Source: Bacteroidales bacterium (GTDB lineage Bacteria; Bacteroidota; Bacteroidia; Bacteroidales; 4484-276). Taken from it: DNA of 40,205 bases. Shown in pieces: positions 9,581 to 19,057 of this stretch (position 1 is its first letter; every line of letters begins with the position of its first letter). The position numbers were made by a program, and so were the translations under genes. The notes under the pieces are model-generated. The model saw nothing but the letters and a program-made list of their open reading frames with translations, made no database searches and had not been told where the DNA came from. Where the stretch lies: the NCBI GenBank assembly GCA_021740425.1, contig JAIOZV010000003.1, forward strand, positions 1-40,205, in the 5' to 3' direction.

Positions 9581-9610
9581 TTTGATCTCTAAGGATTTTA
9601 TTTAGCTTTG
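9581..9610 (+). promoter_or_regulatory. Bacteroidota promoter (-33 TTTG, -7 TAGCTTTG) for the second C10 peptidase
   Basis: TTTG at 9581-9584 and TAGCTTTG at 9603-9610, 18-nt spacer. The ORF track's TTG start at 9608 lies inside this box. Confidence 0.7.
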
Positions 9611-9643
9611 CCGGCTCATTTACTAATTAACACATATCTCGAC

Positions 9644-11761
9644 ATGAACATCAGACTTTTTCTCTTCGCATTTCTAATCACAACTTTTCAACTTTCATTC
9701 GCCAACTCCATCATCGATCCGGCCACAACCGAAAATATTGCCAGGAATGTTTATTTCGAAAGAAGTTTTCAGGAAAATCCTATTACATTCAATGAGATTA
9801 AAATTATTGATTCACGTACAGAAAACCTGAAAAATGAAGCCGCTTTATATATTTTCAATTTTGAAAATGGCGGATTTGTAATTGTTTCGGCAGAGGAAGC
9901 CCTCCCCCCCATGATCGGATACGATCTCCATGGTTTTTGTCCTGCCAAAGGTGTCAATCCAAACTTCGACAGTTTTTTAACAGATTACACAAATCAGATT
10001 TCATACATCAGGGAAAACAATATTGAGCCTGAACCTGCCATAGCCCGGCAATGGGAAATTTACACCACTCAAAATCCACAGTCCCTGGCAGTTAAAAGTG
10101 GTGCTCGTGGGGTTTCTCCGCTGCTAATAAATCTTTGGAATCAGGATAGTCCGTACAACATGCTTTGCCCCTCCGATCCATTGGGTCCGGGCGGACACGT
10201 TTATGCCGGATGCGTTGCAACGGCCATGTCGATGGTGATGCACTACTGGCGCTACCCCTTACAAGGCACGGGAAGCAATGGCTATTCATGGGAAGAATAC
10301 GGATACATCTTTGCAAATTTTGGTGAAACCGAATACATTTTCAACAATATGCAAACCGAAATGGATGGTGATATGCCAGATGTGGCATTGTTGCAATTTC
10401 ACTGCGGCGTTGCTGTAGAGATGATGTACGGAAACGATGGTTCAGGAGCCTATAGCTGGAATGTTCCGGGTGCTATCAAGCAACACTTCGGATATTCTAA
10501 TCTTGCCCAATTCAAAGAAAAAGAAAATTATTCAAATACCAACTGGGTGAATCTGCTGAAGGAACAAATCGATTTAAGCCAGCCCATGTATTATTCCGGA
10601 TTCAGCAACAGTGGTGGTCACGCCTTTGTTTGCGATGGTTATGATGATGCAAACCTTTTTCATTTCAACTTTGGCTGGAGCGGAAGCTCAAACGGTTTTT
10701 ACACAGTATATGATGTGGGCGGTTTCAGTTCGGGGCAGGGTGCTGTAATCAACTTTATTCCCGGTGGAATTTATCCATACAATTATACCGGACTGCAAGT
10801 AATTACAGGAAAATCAGGATCGATCGAAGACGGTAGCGGGCCGGTTGCAAATTACATTTCAGATAATCAAGTAAGCTGGCTCATATCACCACAATCTCCC
10901 GAAGATTCAATCAGCAGCATCACACTCGAATTTAAACGCTTTGAAATTGCTGATGATGATCAGGTAACTGTTTACGATGGTGCAACTGAATCGTCTGTAA
11001 TTTTGGGAGTTTATTCTGGAACCGAAATCCCGGCCTCATTATCCTCAACAGGAAATCAACTATTGATAGTACTGCAAAGCAATGGCGAAAATACCATGAA
11101 CGGCTTTCTGATCGAATACACCTCGCAAACTCCAACCTGGTGCAGCGGCATGACTGTACTCACCGAACCAAGCGGGGAAATTCATGACGGCAGTTTTGAT
11201 TTTAATTATGATAACAGCTCAAACTGTAAATGGATGATCATTCCGGAAAATCCATCACCTACAACACTTTATTTTACAAGTTTCGCCACCGAACCCGGGA
11301 ATGATAAACTCCTGATTTACGACTTCGATGGAATGGCCTTACTTGCTGACATTTCGGGCGAATACCCTCCTGAGAATCTTCCTGAACCTGTAAACTCACC
11401 AAGCGGAAAGTTTTTTATTGTATTTATCAGCAATAATTCAATTTCTTCGCAGGGTTTCGAAGCATATTATTTGCCTGTAACTGTTGGGATGGATGATGCC
11501 TCCCGGGAACAAGAAACTCTGATGGCATTCCCAAATCCTGCAACAAACGAATTAAACATTCAACTTTCAGGGGAAATTTCAGGGGAATCACAAATAACGA
11601 TTTTTAACCTGTCAGGGGAAAAGGTTTACGAAGGATTTGTGTCAGCCAATGCAAACCTGAATCATTATCAGGTGAATATTTCAGATTATCAGCCGGGCAT
11701 TTATGTATTAATTGTGAGGAGCGGTAATGAATTTTACCGGAAAGAAGTAGCGATTTATTAA
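9644..11761 (+). CDS. Second C10 cysteine peptidase with prodomain, two CUB domains and T9SS CTD
   Basis: Start moved to ATG 9644 (MNIRLFLFAFLITTFQLSFA signal peptide). GFVIVSA, WNQDSPYN, GCVATAM, GGHAF, HFNFGWSG; two CUB units; CTD FPNPA...PGIYVL. Confidence 0.9.
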   Translation: MNIRLFLFAFLITTFQLSFANSIIDPATTENIARNVYFERSFQENPITFNEIKIIDSRTENLKNEAALYIFNFENGGFVIVSAEEALPPMIGYDLHGFCPAKGVNPNFDSFLTDYTNQISYIRENNIEPEPAIARQWEIYTTQNPQSLAVKSGARGVSPLLINLWNQDSPYNMLCPSDPLGPGGHVYAGCVATAMSMVMHYWRYPLQGTGSNGYSWEEYGYIFANFGETEYIFNNMQTEMDGDMPDVALLQFHCGVAVEMMYGNDGSGAYSWNVPGAIKQHFGYSNLAQFKEKENYSNTNWVNLLKEQIDLSQPMYYSGFSNSGGHAFVCDGYDDANLFHFNFGWSGSSNGFYTVYDVGGFSSGQGAVINFIPGGIYPYNYTGLQVITGKSGSIEDGSGPVANYISDNQVSWLISPQSPEDSISSITLEFKRFEIADDDQVTVYDGATESSVILGVYSGTEIPASLSSTGNQLLIVLQSNGENTMNGFLIEYTSQTPTWCSGMTVLTEPSGEIHDGSFDFNYDNSSNCKWMIIPENPSPTTLYFTSFATEPGNDKLLIYDFDGMALLADISGEYPPENLPEPVNSPSGKFFIVFISNNSISSQGFEAYYLPVTVGMDDASREQETLMAFPNPATNELNIQLSGEISGESQITIFNLSGEKVYEGFVSANANLNHYQVNISDYQPGIYVLIVRSGNEFYRKEVAIY

Positions 11762-11795
11762 TCGCAAAAAAAATTAAATTATTTGATAAAAATTA

Positions 11796-11826
11796 TTTGG
11801 AGATTTAAAAATTACTTTTACTTTTG
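11796..11826 (+). promoter_or_regulatory. Bacteroidota promoter for tRNA-Glu
   Basis: TTTG at 11796-11799 and TACTTTTG at 11819-11826, 19-nt spacer. Confidence 0.75.
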
Positions 11827-11866
11827 CAGCCGCTAAATCAAAAAAAGCAAGTTCTTATCAAATAAT

Positions 11867-11938
11867 GGTCCGTTCGTCTAGGGGTTAGGACGTCAGGTTT
11901 TCATCCTGGTAACAGGGGTTCGATTCCCCTACGGACTA
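11867..11938 (+). tRNA. tRNA-Glu (anticodon TTC)
   Basis: GGTCCGT...ACGGACT-A acceptor stem, anticodon arm TCAGG-TTTTCAT-CCTGG, T-arm GGTTCGATTCC. 72 nt; CCA not encoded. Confidence 0.97.
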
Positions 11939-11951
11939 CATAAGTAAAATT

Positions 11952-11990
11952 AAACCCGGTGTTAATCAATGTGTTATCATCGGGTTTTTT
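11952..11990 (+). terminator. Probable intrinsic terminator after tRNA-Glu
   Basis: AAACCCGGTG...CATCGGGTTT stem (one G:U pair) followed by a T tract; the loop is long. Confidence 0.65.
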
Positions 11991-12215
11991 ATTGCGTTGC
12001 CTGAATGGCTTGAAAATTTGGGAGCTGTATCACCTGAATATCCAAATACAATTGGCAAAAAATTGAAACAATTAATCTATGAAAACAGAAAAACATTTCA
12101 TCTATCATTGGCAGGTGCTCTGTTATTCCCAAATTTATTTTCATGACTTACCAGCCAAATCCTCAACCAAAACTTTTAAAGAAACTTAAAAGAAGTTGTT
12201 TATTGGATATAATAG

Positions 12216-12223
12216 TACCTTTG
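12216..12223 (+). promoter_or_regulatory. Bacteroidota -7 box (TACCTTTG) for the cold-shock gene
   Basis: Exact TAnnTTTG match 29 nt before the ATG. Confidence 0.65.
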
Positions 12224-12252
12224 CGAAGTATAATAATTTAATTTTTTAAGTC

Positions 12253-12444
12253 ATGAGTAACGGAACAGTAAAGTTTTTCAACAATTCCAAAGGGTTTGGT
12301 TTTATCGCCCCCGATGATGGAAGTAAAGATGTTTTTGTACATCTTAACGGATTGATCGATAAAATTAAAGAGGGTGATAAAGTGAGCTTTGATGTGGAAA
12401 GCGGCCAAAAAGGCATGAACGCAGTGAACGTAAGATTAAGCTAA
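12253..12444 (+). CDS. Cold-shock domain protein (CspA family)
   Basis: GTVKFFN, RNP1 KGFGFI, RNP2 VFVH, KG..AVNV; 63 aa. Confidence 0.97.
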   Translation: MSNGTVKFFNNSKGFGFIAPDDGSKDVFVHLNGLIDKIKEGDKVSFDVESGQKGMNAVNVRLS

Positions 12445-12472
12445 CATAAGTTAATTAACTTTCACCCCCTCG

Positions 12473-12506
12473 AAAAAGCCTGTTGATAGCAACAGGCTTT
12501 TTTTTT
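12473..12506 (+). terminator. Intrinsic terminator
   Basis: AAAAAGCCTGTTG-ATAG-CAACAGGCTTTTTTTTT perfect stem with a T tract. Confidence 0.92.
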
Positions 12507-12673
12507 ATGGTTTGAATTAAAATACCCAGAAAGGATATCCGGACGCCTATAAAAATTACTTTTACCACGATTTTTGGGAAGCGAAAACCAGTAGAAAAAA
12601 ACGCAACCTTAAAACACATTTAACCATCTTTAGTAGGATAAATAAAAAAAATGTGGAATAGACGGACGGCCAG

Positions 12674-14128
12674 ATGAGAAAGAAATTTTTATCAAATCTC
12701 ATACTTCTTTTATTTTTGAACCTTTTGGTAAAGCCTTTTTGGATTCTGGGCATTGACCGTACTGTTCAAAATGTTGTTGGTGCCGAAGACTATGGTTTCT
12801 ACTATGTGGTTTTTAATTTCTCCTTCCTTTTCAATATTTTACTGGATTTCGGCATTACCAACTACAATAATCGAAACATTGCCCAACACAGCCAATTGCT
12901 GAACAAACATTTTTCAGGGATAGTAATCATCAAACTGTTGCTGGCTGTACTTTACACAATCATCACTTTCAGCTTTGGCCTGCTCATAGGTTTTAGTTCC
13001 GATCAGCTTGCTTTGCTCGGGATTTTGTGTTTCAACCAATTTCTCCTGTCGTTCATTCTGTACCTGCGATCAAACATTTCGGGCTTACTGCTATTCCGTA
13101 CCGACAGTTTTTTATCCATCCTCGACAGAATATTGATGATTATTATTTGCGGGATTCTGCTTTGGGGACACATCTCATCACAGCCTTTTCAAATTAGCTG
13201 GTTTGTTTATGCCCAAACTGCTGCCTATTTTTTAACCGCCTTCATTGCTTTGCTTATCGTCATCAAAAAGGCAGCCTTCAAGAAGCTCAACTGGAATTTC
13301 CCCTTTTTTGTGATGATCATCAAACAGAGTTTTCCTTTTGCCATTCTTGTGATGTTGATGGCTTTTTACAACCGCATCGATCCTGTAATGATCGAACGCC
13401 TACTACCCGATGGTACCGGCGATGCAGAAGCAGGCATTTATGCTTCGGCTTACAGGTTGCTGGATGCGGGCAATATGATTGCCTTTCTTTTTGCCGGATT
13501 GCTGCTTCCTCTCTTTGCCAAAATGATTAAACAAAAGGAGTCGGTCGATCAAATCGTAAAACTGGCCTTCACTCTTTTAATCATACTTTCGAGCATTGTT
13601 GCCATCGGATGTCATTTTTACAGCTACGAACTGATGGATTTGATGTACAAGGAGCACGTGAACCAATCGGCAGAAGTTTTCGAAATATTAATGCTTGGGT
13701 TTGTTGCGATTTCCACCACCTATGTTTTTGGCACATTGCTTACTGCAAACGGGAGCCTGAAAGTATTAAATATTGTAGCGGCAGGCGGAATGCTGATTAA
13801 CCTGCTCATCAATTTGATTTTAGTGCCGCGATTACAAGCAGTCGGCTCGGCCTATGCCAGCCTGATCACGCAGTTTTCTACTGCGATCATTCAGGCAATC
13901 ATTGCCATCAGGCTTTTTAAAATCAAAGCTGATTATAAATATCTTACGGCTCTGGTAATCTTTGTGACCGGAGTTTTAATAATCACCAATTTTACAAAGC
14001 AACTGTTCGAAAACTGGATGCTAAATTTCAGCCTGATGATTTTTCTCTCCATTTTCCTCGCCTTAGTACTTAAGCTGTTAAACATCAAAGGATTTATTCA
14101 AATATTAAGAAGTAAGGAAACCATGTAG
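12674..14128 (+). CDS. Wzx-like oligosaccharide flippase (MOP/PST family)
   Basis: Many hydrophobic helices, VGAEDYGFY, LLDFGI, RID.VMI and GIYASAYRL. Neighbours are wzz-like and O-antigen ligase-like genes. Confidence 0.85.
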   Translation: MRKKFLSNLILLLFLNLLVKPFWILGIDRTVQNVVGAEDYGFYYVVFNFSFLFNILLDFGITNYNNRNIAQHSQLLNKHFSGIVIIKLLLAVLYTIITFSFGLLIGFSSDQLALLGILCFNQFLLSFILYLRSNISGLLLFRTDSFLSILDRILMIIICGILLWGHISSQPFQISWFVYAQTAAYFLTAFIALLIVIKKAAFKKLNWNFPFFVMIIKQSFPFAILVMLMAFYNRIDPVMIERLLPDGTGDAEAGIYASAYRLLDAGNMIAFLFAGLLLPLFAKMIKQKESVDQIVKLAFTLLIILSSIVAIGCHFYSYELMDLMYKEHVNQSAEVFEILMLGFVAISTTYVFGTLLTANGSLKVLNIVAAGGMLINLLINLILVPRLQAVGSAYASLITQFSTAIIQAIIAIRLFKIKADYKYLTALVIFVTGVLIITNFTKQLFENWMLNFSLMIFLSIFLALVLKLLNIKGFIQILRSKETM

Positions 14129-14180
14129 CAAATCAAAGAACATTACACCCAATCAATTGATAAAGTAAACATAAAAAGCA

Positions 14181-14188
14181 TATTTTTG
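14181..14188 (+). promoter_or_regulatory. Bacteroidota -7 box (TATTTTTG) before the wzz-like gene
   Basis: TAnnTTTG match 24 nt before the ATG. Confidence 0.5.
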
Positions 14189-14212
14189 TGCCCTTATTTG
14201 AAGTAAAAGTAT

Positions 14213-16489
14213 ATGACACTTTGGAAAACTGAAAATAGTAGTTTTGAATCAACAAATATTTTGTTGTTCCTTCACAGGTGGAGAAAACCGCTCATTATCG
14301 TATCAGCGATAGCAATTGTAGCATCAATAGTATTTTCATCCCCTTTTTTTATCACCCCAAAATATGAATCCACAGTCATTCTTTATCCTGCTGCAACCAA
14401 TGCCATTTCGAAGGCATTGCTCACCGAAAATAGTGGTATAAAAGAAGATATCCTTGATTTTGGAGAAGATGAAGAAACAGAGCAACTGCTACAAATTTTA
14501 CATTCAAACCGTATCCGTGATAAAATCATCAGCAAATACAAGTTGATGGAGCACTATGACATCGACACCAACTCAAACTATAAAGTAACTCACCTTTACA
14601 AAGAATATGAAAACAACATCTCCTTCAAGAGAACTGAATTCATGGCTGTAAAGATCACTGTTTTGGATAAAGACCCACAAATGGCTGCCGATATAGCCAA
14701 TGACATTACCGAGTTGCTTGATTCGACCAAGAATGATATGCAGAAACAGCGTGCGGATCGTGGTTTTGAAATTGTAAAAGAACAATATTTCAAGCTTCGC
14801 ACAGAGATTGCTGTAATGGAAGATTCACTATCGGTGCTCAGAGGTTTAGGAGTGCATGACTATGAATCGCAGGCCGAGATGATTAACCAGCAATTGGCAA
14901 TAGAACTTGCAAAAGGCAACAAAGAAGGTATTAAAAGGCTTGAGGCAAAACTTGAAATTCTTGCCAAATATGGAGGCCCGTATGTTTCACTGCGCGACAA
15001 CCTGGAACTTGAAAAGAAACAATTAAGCATGCTTCGTGCAAAGTACGAAGAAGCAAAAACAGATGCACAAGAAGTATTACCTGCAAAATTTGTTGTAAAC
15101 AGCGCATACAAAGCCGAAAGGAAATCATATCCAATAAGATGGCTGATTGTTGTTGTTACCACTTTATCAACCTTTCTTTTTTCGCTCATCTTTTTATTGA
15201 TCATCGAAAACATAAATACATATTTTCCTGGAAGTTTTTTACCAAAAAGCCAGCGTCTTTCTTCCGGAAATTCCATGAAAAACTCAAAAGGAAAGGATCC
15301 GCCAAATGCCCCATTGGAGCCTCCCCAGTTTGTGGCTCGTGACAGGGCAGATATAAAAGTCCCTATAAAAAATCCGGAACATAATGATTCAAAATCATCA
15401 CAAAAACCGGATAAAAAAATTGAAGAAAACGATACGGATATAATAGAAAAAAACAAAACAGAAAAAAATATCACTCAAGGGAAAACAATAAAAGAAACAT
15501 CAACCGAAACACACGAAAATCAAATGGCCAGATACTTTACAAATACTAATATCTTGAAATTGTTCCTCAAATGGAAAATTCACCTTACAGTAATCGTTCT
15601 GGTGAGTGTTGTGCTTGCTGTTATTTTCTCCTCACCCTTGTTTATAACACCAAAATTCAAATCATTCGCCCTGGTTTATCCATCCAATGTTGAACCTTAT
15701 TCGGAAGAAAGCGAATCGGAACAAATGCTCCAATTCCTTCAATCAAAAGACATTCGTGATCGTATAATCAAAAAGTACAACTTGTCGGAGCGGTATAAAA
15801 TTGACTCATCAAACAAGCATTTTCAATCTGCAATAATTGATGAGTACAGCCAAAATGTTGCCATTAGCAAGACCCCCTTCGAATCGGTAAAGATTGAAGT
15901 TTTGGATGCCGACCCGGTTGTTGCCAGTAATATGGTTAACGATATTATTAATTTTTATAACGACAAGGTATTGACCCTCCACAAATCGAAATACAAAGAG
16001 GTTGTGAATTTTGTTGAAAAACGCTTAATCCTTAAGCAACAGGAAATCGACTCGGTGGAAAAGAAATTGTATGAAATCAGAACCAAATACAATATCATCG
16101 ACTATCCGAACCAATCACGTGAAGTTGCACGAGGCTTCCTCAGGACGGTTGACGGAAACAACGCCGCACAAAACATCAACACTAAGGAAGTGCTAAAGCT
16201 AAAAGAAAACATTGAAAAATATGGTGGCATTTACACCTACTACAACGACAGGTATTTCGACCTGATTGCAGAATATGGAAGTGTAAAAATGTCCTATGAT
16301 CAGGCATTGATGAACTACAATCGCGATATTACCTATACCAATGTTTTGTCGGAACCATTTCCTGCCGATCAAAAATCGTATCCGGTGAGATGGGTTATTG
16401 TTGCCTTGACTGCGCTTGGCGTTTGGTTTCTATCCTTTCTTGTTATTCTCCTTATCGAAAACTACGATTCGATAAAACGTAACTTTTAA
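14213..16489 (+). CDS. Tandem (double) Wzz-like polysaccharide chain-length determinant
   Basis: Two complete homologous modules (about aa 1-335 and 438-758). Each has TM1-FSSP.FITPK..S...YP, a coiled coil, and KSYP.RW.IV-TM2. They are joined by a polar linker of about 100 aa. Confidence 0.8.
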   Translation: MTLWKTENSSFESTNILLFLHRWRKPLIIVSAIAIVASIVFSSPFFITPKYESTVILYPAATNAISKALLTENSGIKEDILDFGEDEETEQLLQILHSNRIRDKIISKYKLMEHYDIDTNSNYKVTHLYKEYENNISFKRTEFMAVKITVLDKDPQMAADIANDITELLDSTKNDMQKQRADRGFEIVKEQYFKLRTEIAVMEDSLSVLRGLGVHDYESQAEMINQQLAIELAKGNKEGIKRLEAKLEILAKYGGPYVSLRDNLELEKKQLSMLRAKYEEAKTDAQEVLPAKFVVNSAYKAERKSYPIRWLIVVVTTLSTFLFSLIFLLIIENINTYFPGSFLPKSQRLSSGNSMKNSKGKDPPNAPLEPPQFVARDRADIKVPIKNPEHNDSKSSQKPDKKIEENDTDIIEKNKTEKNITQGKTIKETSTETHENQMARYFTNTNILKLFLKWKIHLTVIVLVSVVLAVIFSSPLFITPKFKSFALVYPSNVEPYSEESESEQMLQFLQSKDIRDRIIKKYNLSERYKIDSSNKHFQSAIIDEYSQNVAISKTPFESVKIEVLDADPVVASNMVNDIINFYNDKVLTLHKSKYKEVVNFVEKRLILKQQEIDSVEKKLYEIRTKYNIIDYPNQSREVARGFLRTVDGNNAAQNINTKEVLKLKENIEKYGGIYTYYNDRYFDLIAEYGSVKMSYDQALMNYNRDITYTNVLSEPFPADQKSYPVRWVIVALTALGVWFLSFLVILLIENYDSIKRNF

Positions 16490-16499
16490 CCAAACCATT

Positions 16500-17930
16500 T
16501 TGACTGAAAAAGTAAAACTATATTGGGTATATGGCCTTAGTGCATTATTCATATTATTGAATGCTGCACTGATAATGAAGGAATTCTATTGGTCGCTCCT
16601 GTTTCCGCTTGTTGCAATAGTTGCCCTGATGTATGTTTTTGCACTTGATAAGCTTTTATTGTTTATTACATTTTTAACACCTCTTGCGGTAAATATCAGA
16701 AGTTTTGAAGCCAACCTGGGTGTATCCTTGCCCACAGAGCCCCTTATGTTTGGGGTGCTCATTATTTTTATCATTAAACTTTTCGGAGGTTTTCCTTACG
16801 ACAAAAGGATATTTAGGCATCCGTTAACCCTTGCCATTCTATTTAGCCTGATTTGGATGCTTATCACCACTTTTACCAGCGAACTTCCATGGGTATCGGT
16901 AAAATATTTTCTTGCCAGGCTTTGGTTCGTTGTGCCCTTTTACTTTGTAGCTGCCATTCTTTTCAGAAAGTTCAGCAACACCCGAAAATTCATCTGGCTT
17001 TACACACTTGCTTTGGTTATTGTAAATATTTACACGCTGATTCACCACGCACAATACAGCTTTGATGAAGATCCGGGGCACTGGGTAATGACCCCATTTT
17101 ATAACGACCATACTGCTTATGGTGCAGCCATTGCCATGTTTATCCCCTTTGTAGTTGCATTTTTATTTGATAAACACTATAGCTTCTCGATCAGGATGTC
17201 CACATTTATGGTTCTGACTATTATGATCCTGGCAGTAATTTTTTCGTACAGCAGGGCAGCATGGATTAGTTTAATCGGAGCATTCGGGGTTTACCTTATT
17301 ATTTTGCTGAGAATTAAATTTAAATGGATTGCCGGGGTACTTACGGTGATAATCATTGCTTTTTTTAGTTTCCAGCATCAGATTATTGAGGTACTCGAAC
17401 GCAACGAGCAAGATTCCTCAACCGACTTTGTTGAACACGTGCAATCTATCTACAACATTTCTTCTGATGCATCCAATCTTGAAAGGATAAATCGCTGGCA
17501 GGCAGGCATACGCATGTTTAATGAAAGGCCACTGCTTGGTTGGGGACCCGGAACCTATCAGTTTTTATACGCCCCGTTTCAGCGGAGCAAAGAAAAAACC
17601 ATTATCAGTACCAATGCCGGCGATTTGGGAAACGCCCATAGCGAGTATATCGGCCCCATGGCCGAACAAGGAATCCTTGGCATGGTAAGCATTGTTTTGA
17701 TAATGATCGTGGGTATTTTTACCGGATTGAAAGTTTATAAAACCTCTGAAGACAGACAGGTAAAAATGATGTCCTTAGTTGCGGTTCTTTCACTAATCAC
17801 CTATTTCATCCATGGTTTTCTCAACAACTTTCTGGATTCTGATAAAGCTTCGGTTCCTGTTTGGGGACTTTTTGCCATGATCCTTGCTCTGGATCTTTAC
17901 CATAAGAACAAGCGAAAGGAAAGTTATTAG
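16500..17930 (+). CDS. O-antigen ligase/polymerase family (WaaL/Wzy_C) membrane protein
   Basis: Polytopic membrane protein with SYSRAAW, SNLERINRW, GWGPGTY and NAHSEY motifs; TTG start. Confidence 0.85.
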   Translation: MTEKVKLYWVYGLSALFILLNAALIMKEFYWSLLFPLVAIVALMYVFALDKLLLFITFLTPLAVNIRSFEANLGVSLPTEPLMFGVLIIFIIKLFGGFPYDKRIFRHPLTLAILFSLIWMLITTFTSELPWVSVKYFLARLWFVVPFYFVAAILFRKFSNTRKFIWLYTLALVIVNIYTLIHHAQYSFDEDPGHWVMTPFYNDHTAYGAAIAMFIPFVVAFLFDKHYSFSIRMSTFMVLTIMILAVIFSYSRAAWISLIGAFGVYLIILLRIKFKWIAGVLTVIIIAFFSFQHQIIEVLERNEQDSSTDFVEHVQSIYNISSDASNLERINRWQAGIRMFNERPLLGWGPGTYQFLYAPFQRSKEKTIISTNAGDLGNAHSEYIGPMAEQGILGMVSIVLIMIVGIFTGLKVYKTSEDRQVKMMSLVAVLSLITYFIHGFLNNFLDSDKASVPVWGLFAMILALDLYHKNKRKESY

Positions 17931-18093
17931 TGTTTTACCTGTTTGATTTGTTAGTCAAAGGAAAATAATATGAGTTTTCTGAGGTATTCGCAAACCAGCA
18001 AAAGAGATAAAATGCCGGGATTCTGTGCTTTGCGACAATTTTAGTTCCGTTAAAAATCAAATAATCAATTGATTAAAATTCATTCAGAAGAAC

Positions 18094-19026
18094 CTACTTT
18101 AGTTTTTTCAACAGCTCAGGGAGTTGCCTGATGGCAGCCATTTCGCGCCATTTTTTTCTGGCTTCTTCGGCTGGTGCTCCAAAATACACTTTCCCGCCTC
18201 CTTCGATGGTTTTATCGACTGCAGATGTTGCCAGAATAATGGCTCCTTTTTTAATCACAATATCCTTATTTATCGCTACCCTGCCCCATATAATAACATC
18301 GTCTTCGATACGGGTTACCCCGGCAATGGCTGCATGAGATCCAATCAAACAATTTTTCCCAATATATGTATCATGACCTACCTGACAATGGTTATCCATC
18401 TTGGTTCCTTCATCAATAATGGTATTACCTGAAACCCCTTTGTCGATGGTACAAACAGCGCCAATTTCCACACGATTTCCAATCACAACATTTCCGCACG
18501 ATTCGAGCTTTCGGTAGCCTTCGGGTTTGCGCTGAAAATAATAGGCATCAGCGCCAAGCACACTGTTGGCATGAATAATCACATCATCACCAATAATTAC
18601 ATGGTCGTAAATACTAACATTGGAATGAATAATACAGTTCTTCCCGATTTTTACATTGTTTCCTACAAATGCTGTCGGCTGAATCACCGTTCCTTCGCCA
18701 ATTTGCGCCGAAGGGCTGATAGTAGCAGTTGCCGGCTGGAAGGCTCTGAATTTTTTCACCAATTTCACATATCCTGCAAAAGGGTCCTCTGAAATAAGGA
18801 GCGCTTTGCCTTCGGGGCAATCAACACGTTTGTTGATGAGGATGGTTGTAGCGTCCGAGTTTAGTGCTTTATCATAGTACTTTGGATGATCAACAAAGGT
18901 GAGATCGCCGGGTTCAACCATGTGAATTTCATTTATCCCTCTAACCTCGTGACTTTCGTTTCCAACAAGCTCAGCACCAACAATGCCTGCAATTTCCTTC
19001 AAGGTGTATATTCTGTCAAATTTCAT
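18094..19026 (-). CDS. Second LpxD-like UDP-3-O-acylglucosamine N-acyltransferase
   Basis: LpxD N-terminal domain (GDLTFVDHPKY, DPF), hexapeptide repeats, TIDKG and DNHCQVGHD with the catalytic-position His. Confidence 0.8.
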   Translation of the reverse strand: MKFDRIYTLKEIAGIVGAELVGNESHEVRGINEIHMVEPGDLTFVDHPKYYDKALNSDATTILINKRVDCPEGKALLISEDPFAGYVKLVKKFRAFQPATATISPSAQIGEGTVIQPTAFVGNNVKIGKNCIIHSNVSIYDHVIIGDDVIIHANSVLGADAYYFQRKPEGYRKLESCGNVVIGNRVEIGAVCTIDKGVSGNTIIDEGTKMDNHCQVGHDTYIGKNCLIGSHAAIAGVTRIEDDVIIWGRVAINKDIVIKKGAIILATSAVDKTIEGGGKVYFGAPAEEARKKWREMAAIRQLPELLKKLK

Positions 19027-19057
19027 TGTTATCTGATTAACATTATTACATTATTGT

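Noticed and set aside
9608-9643. TTG-start extension of the second C10 peptidase
   Set aside because: The TTG lies inside the -7 promoter box; ATG 9644 gives a clean signal peptide.
11939-12250. Genomic island or att remnant after tRNA-Glu; short open frames at 11997-12146 and 12079-12189
   Set aside because: No integrase and no duplicated tRNA 3' end seen. The short frames have no recognisable features.
14860-15474. 204-aa antisense ORF
   Set aside because: Its Phe/Ser-rich sequence is the mirror of the Lys/Glu-rich Wzz coiled coil and linker.
19023-19055. ACATTATT octamer repeated twice
   Set aside because: Only two exact copies in AT-rich DNA; too weak to call.
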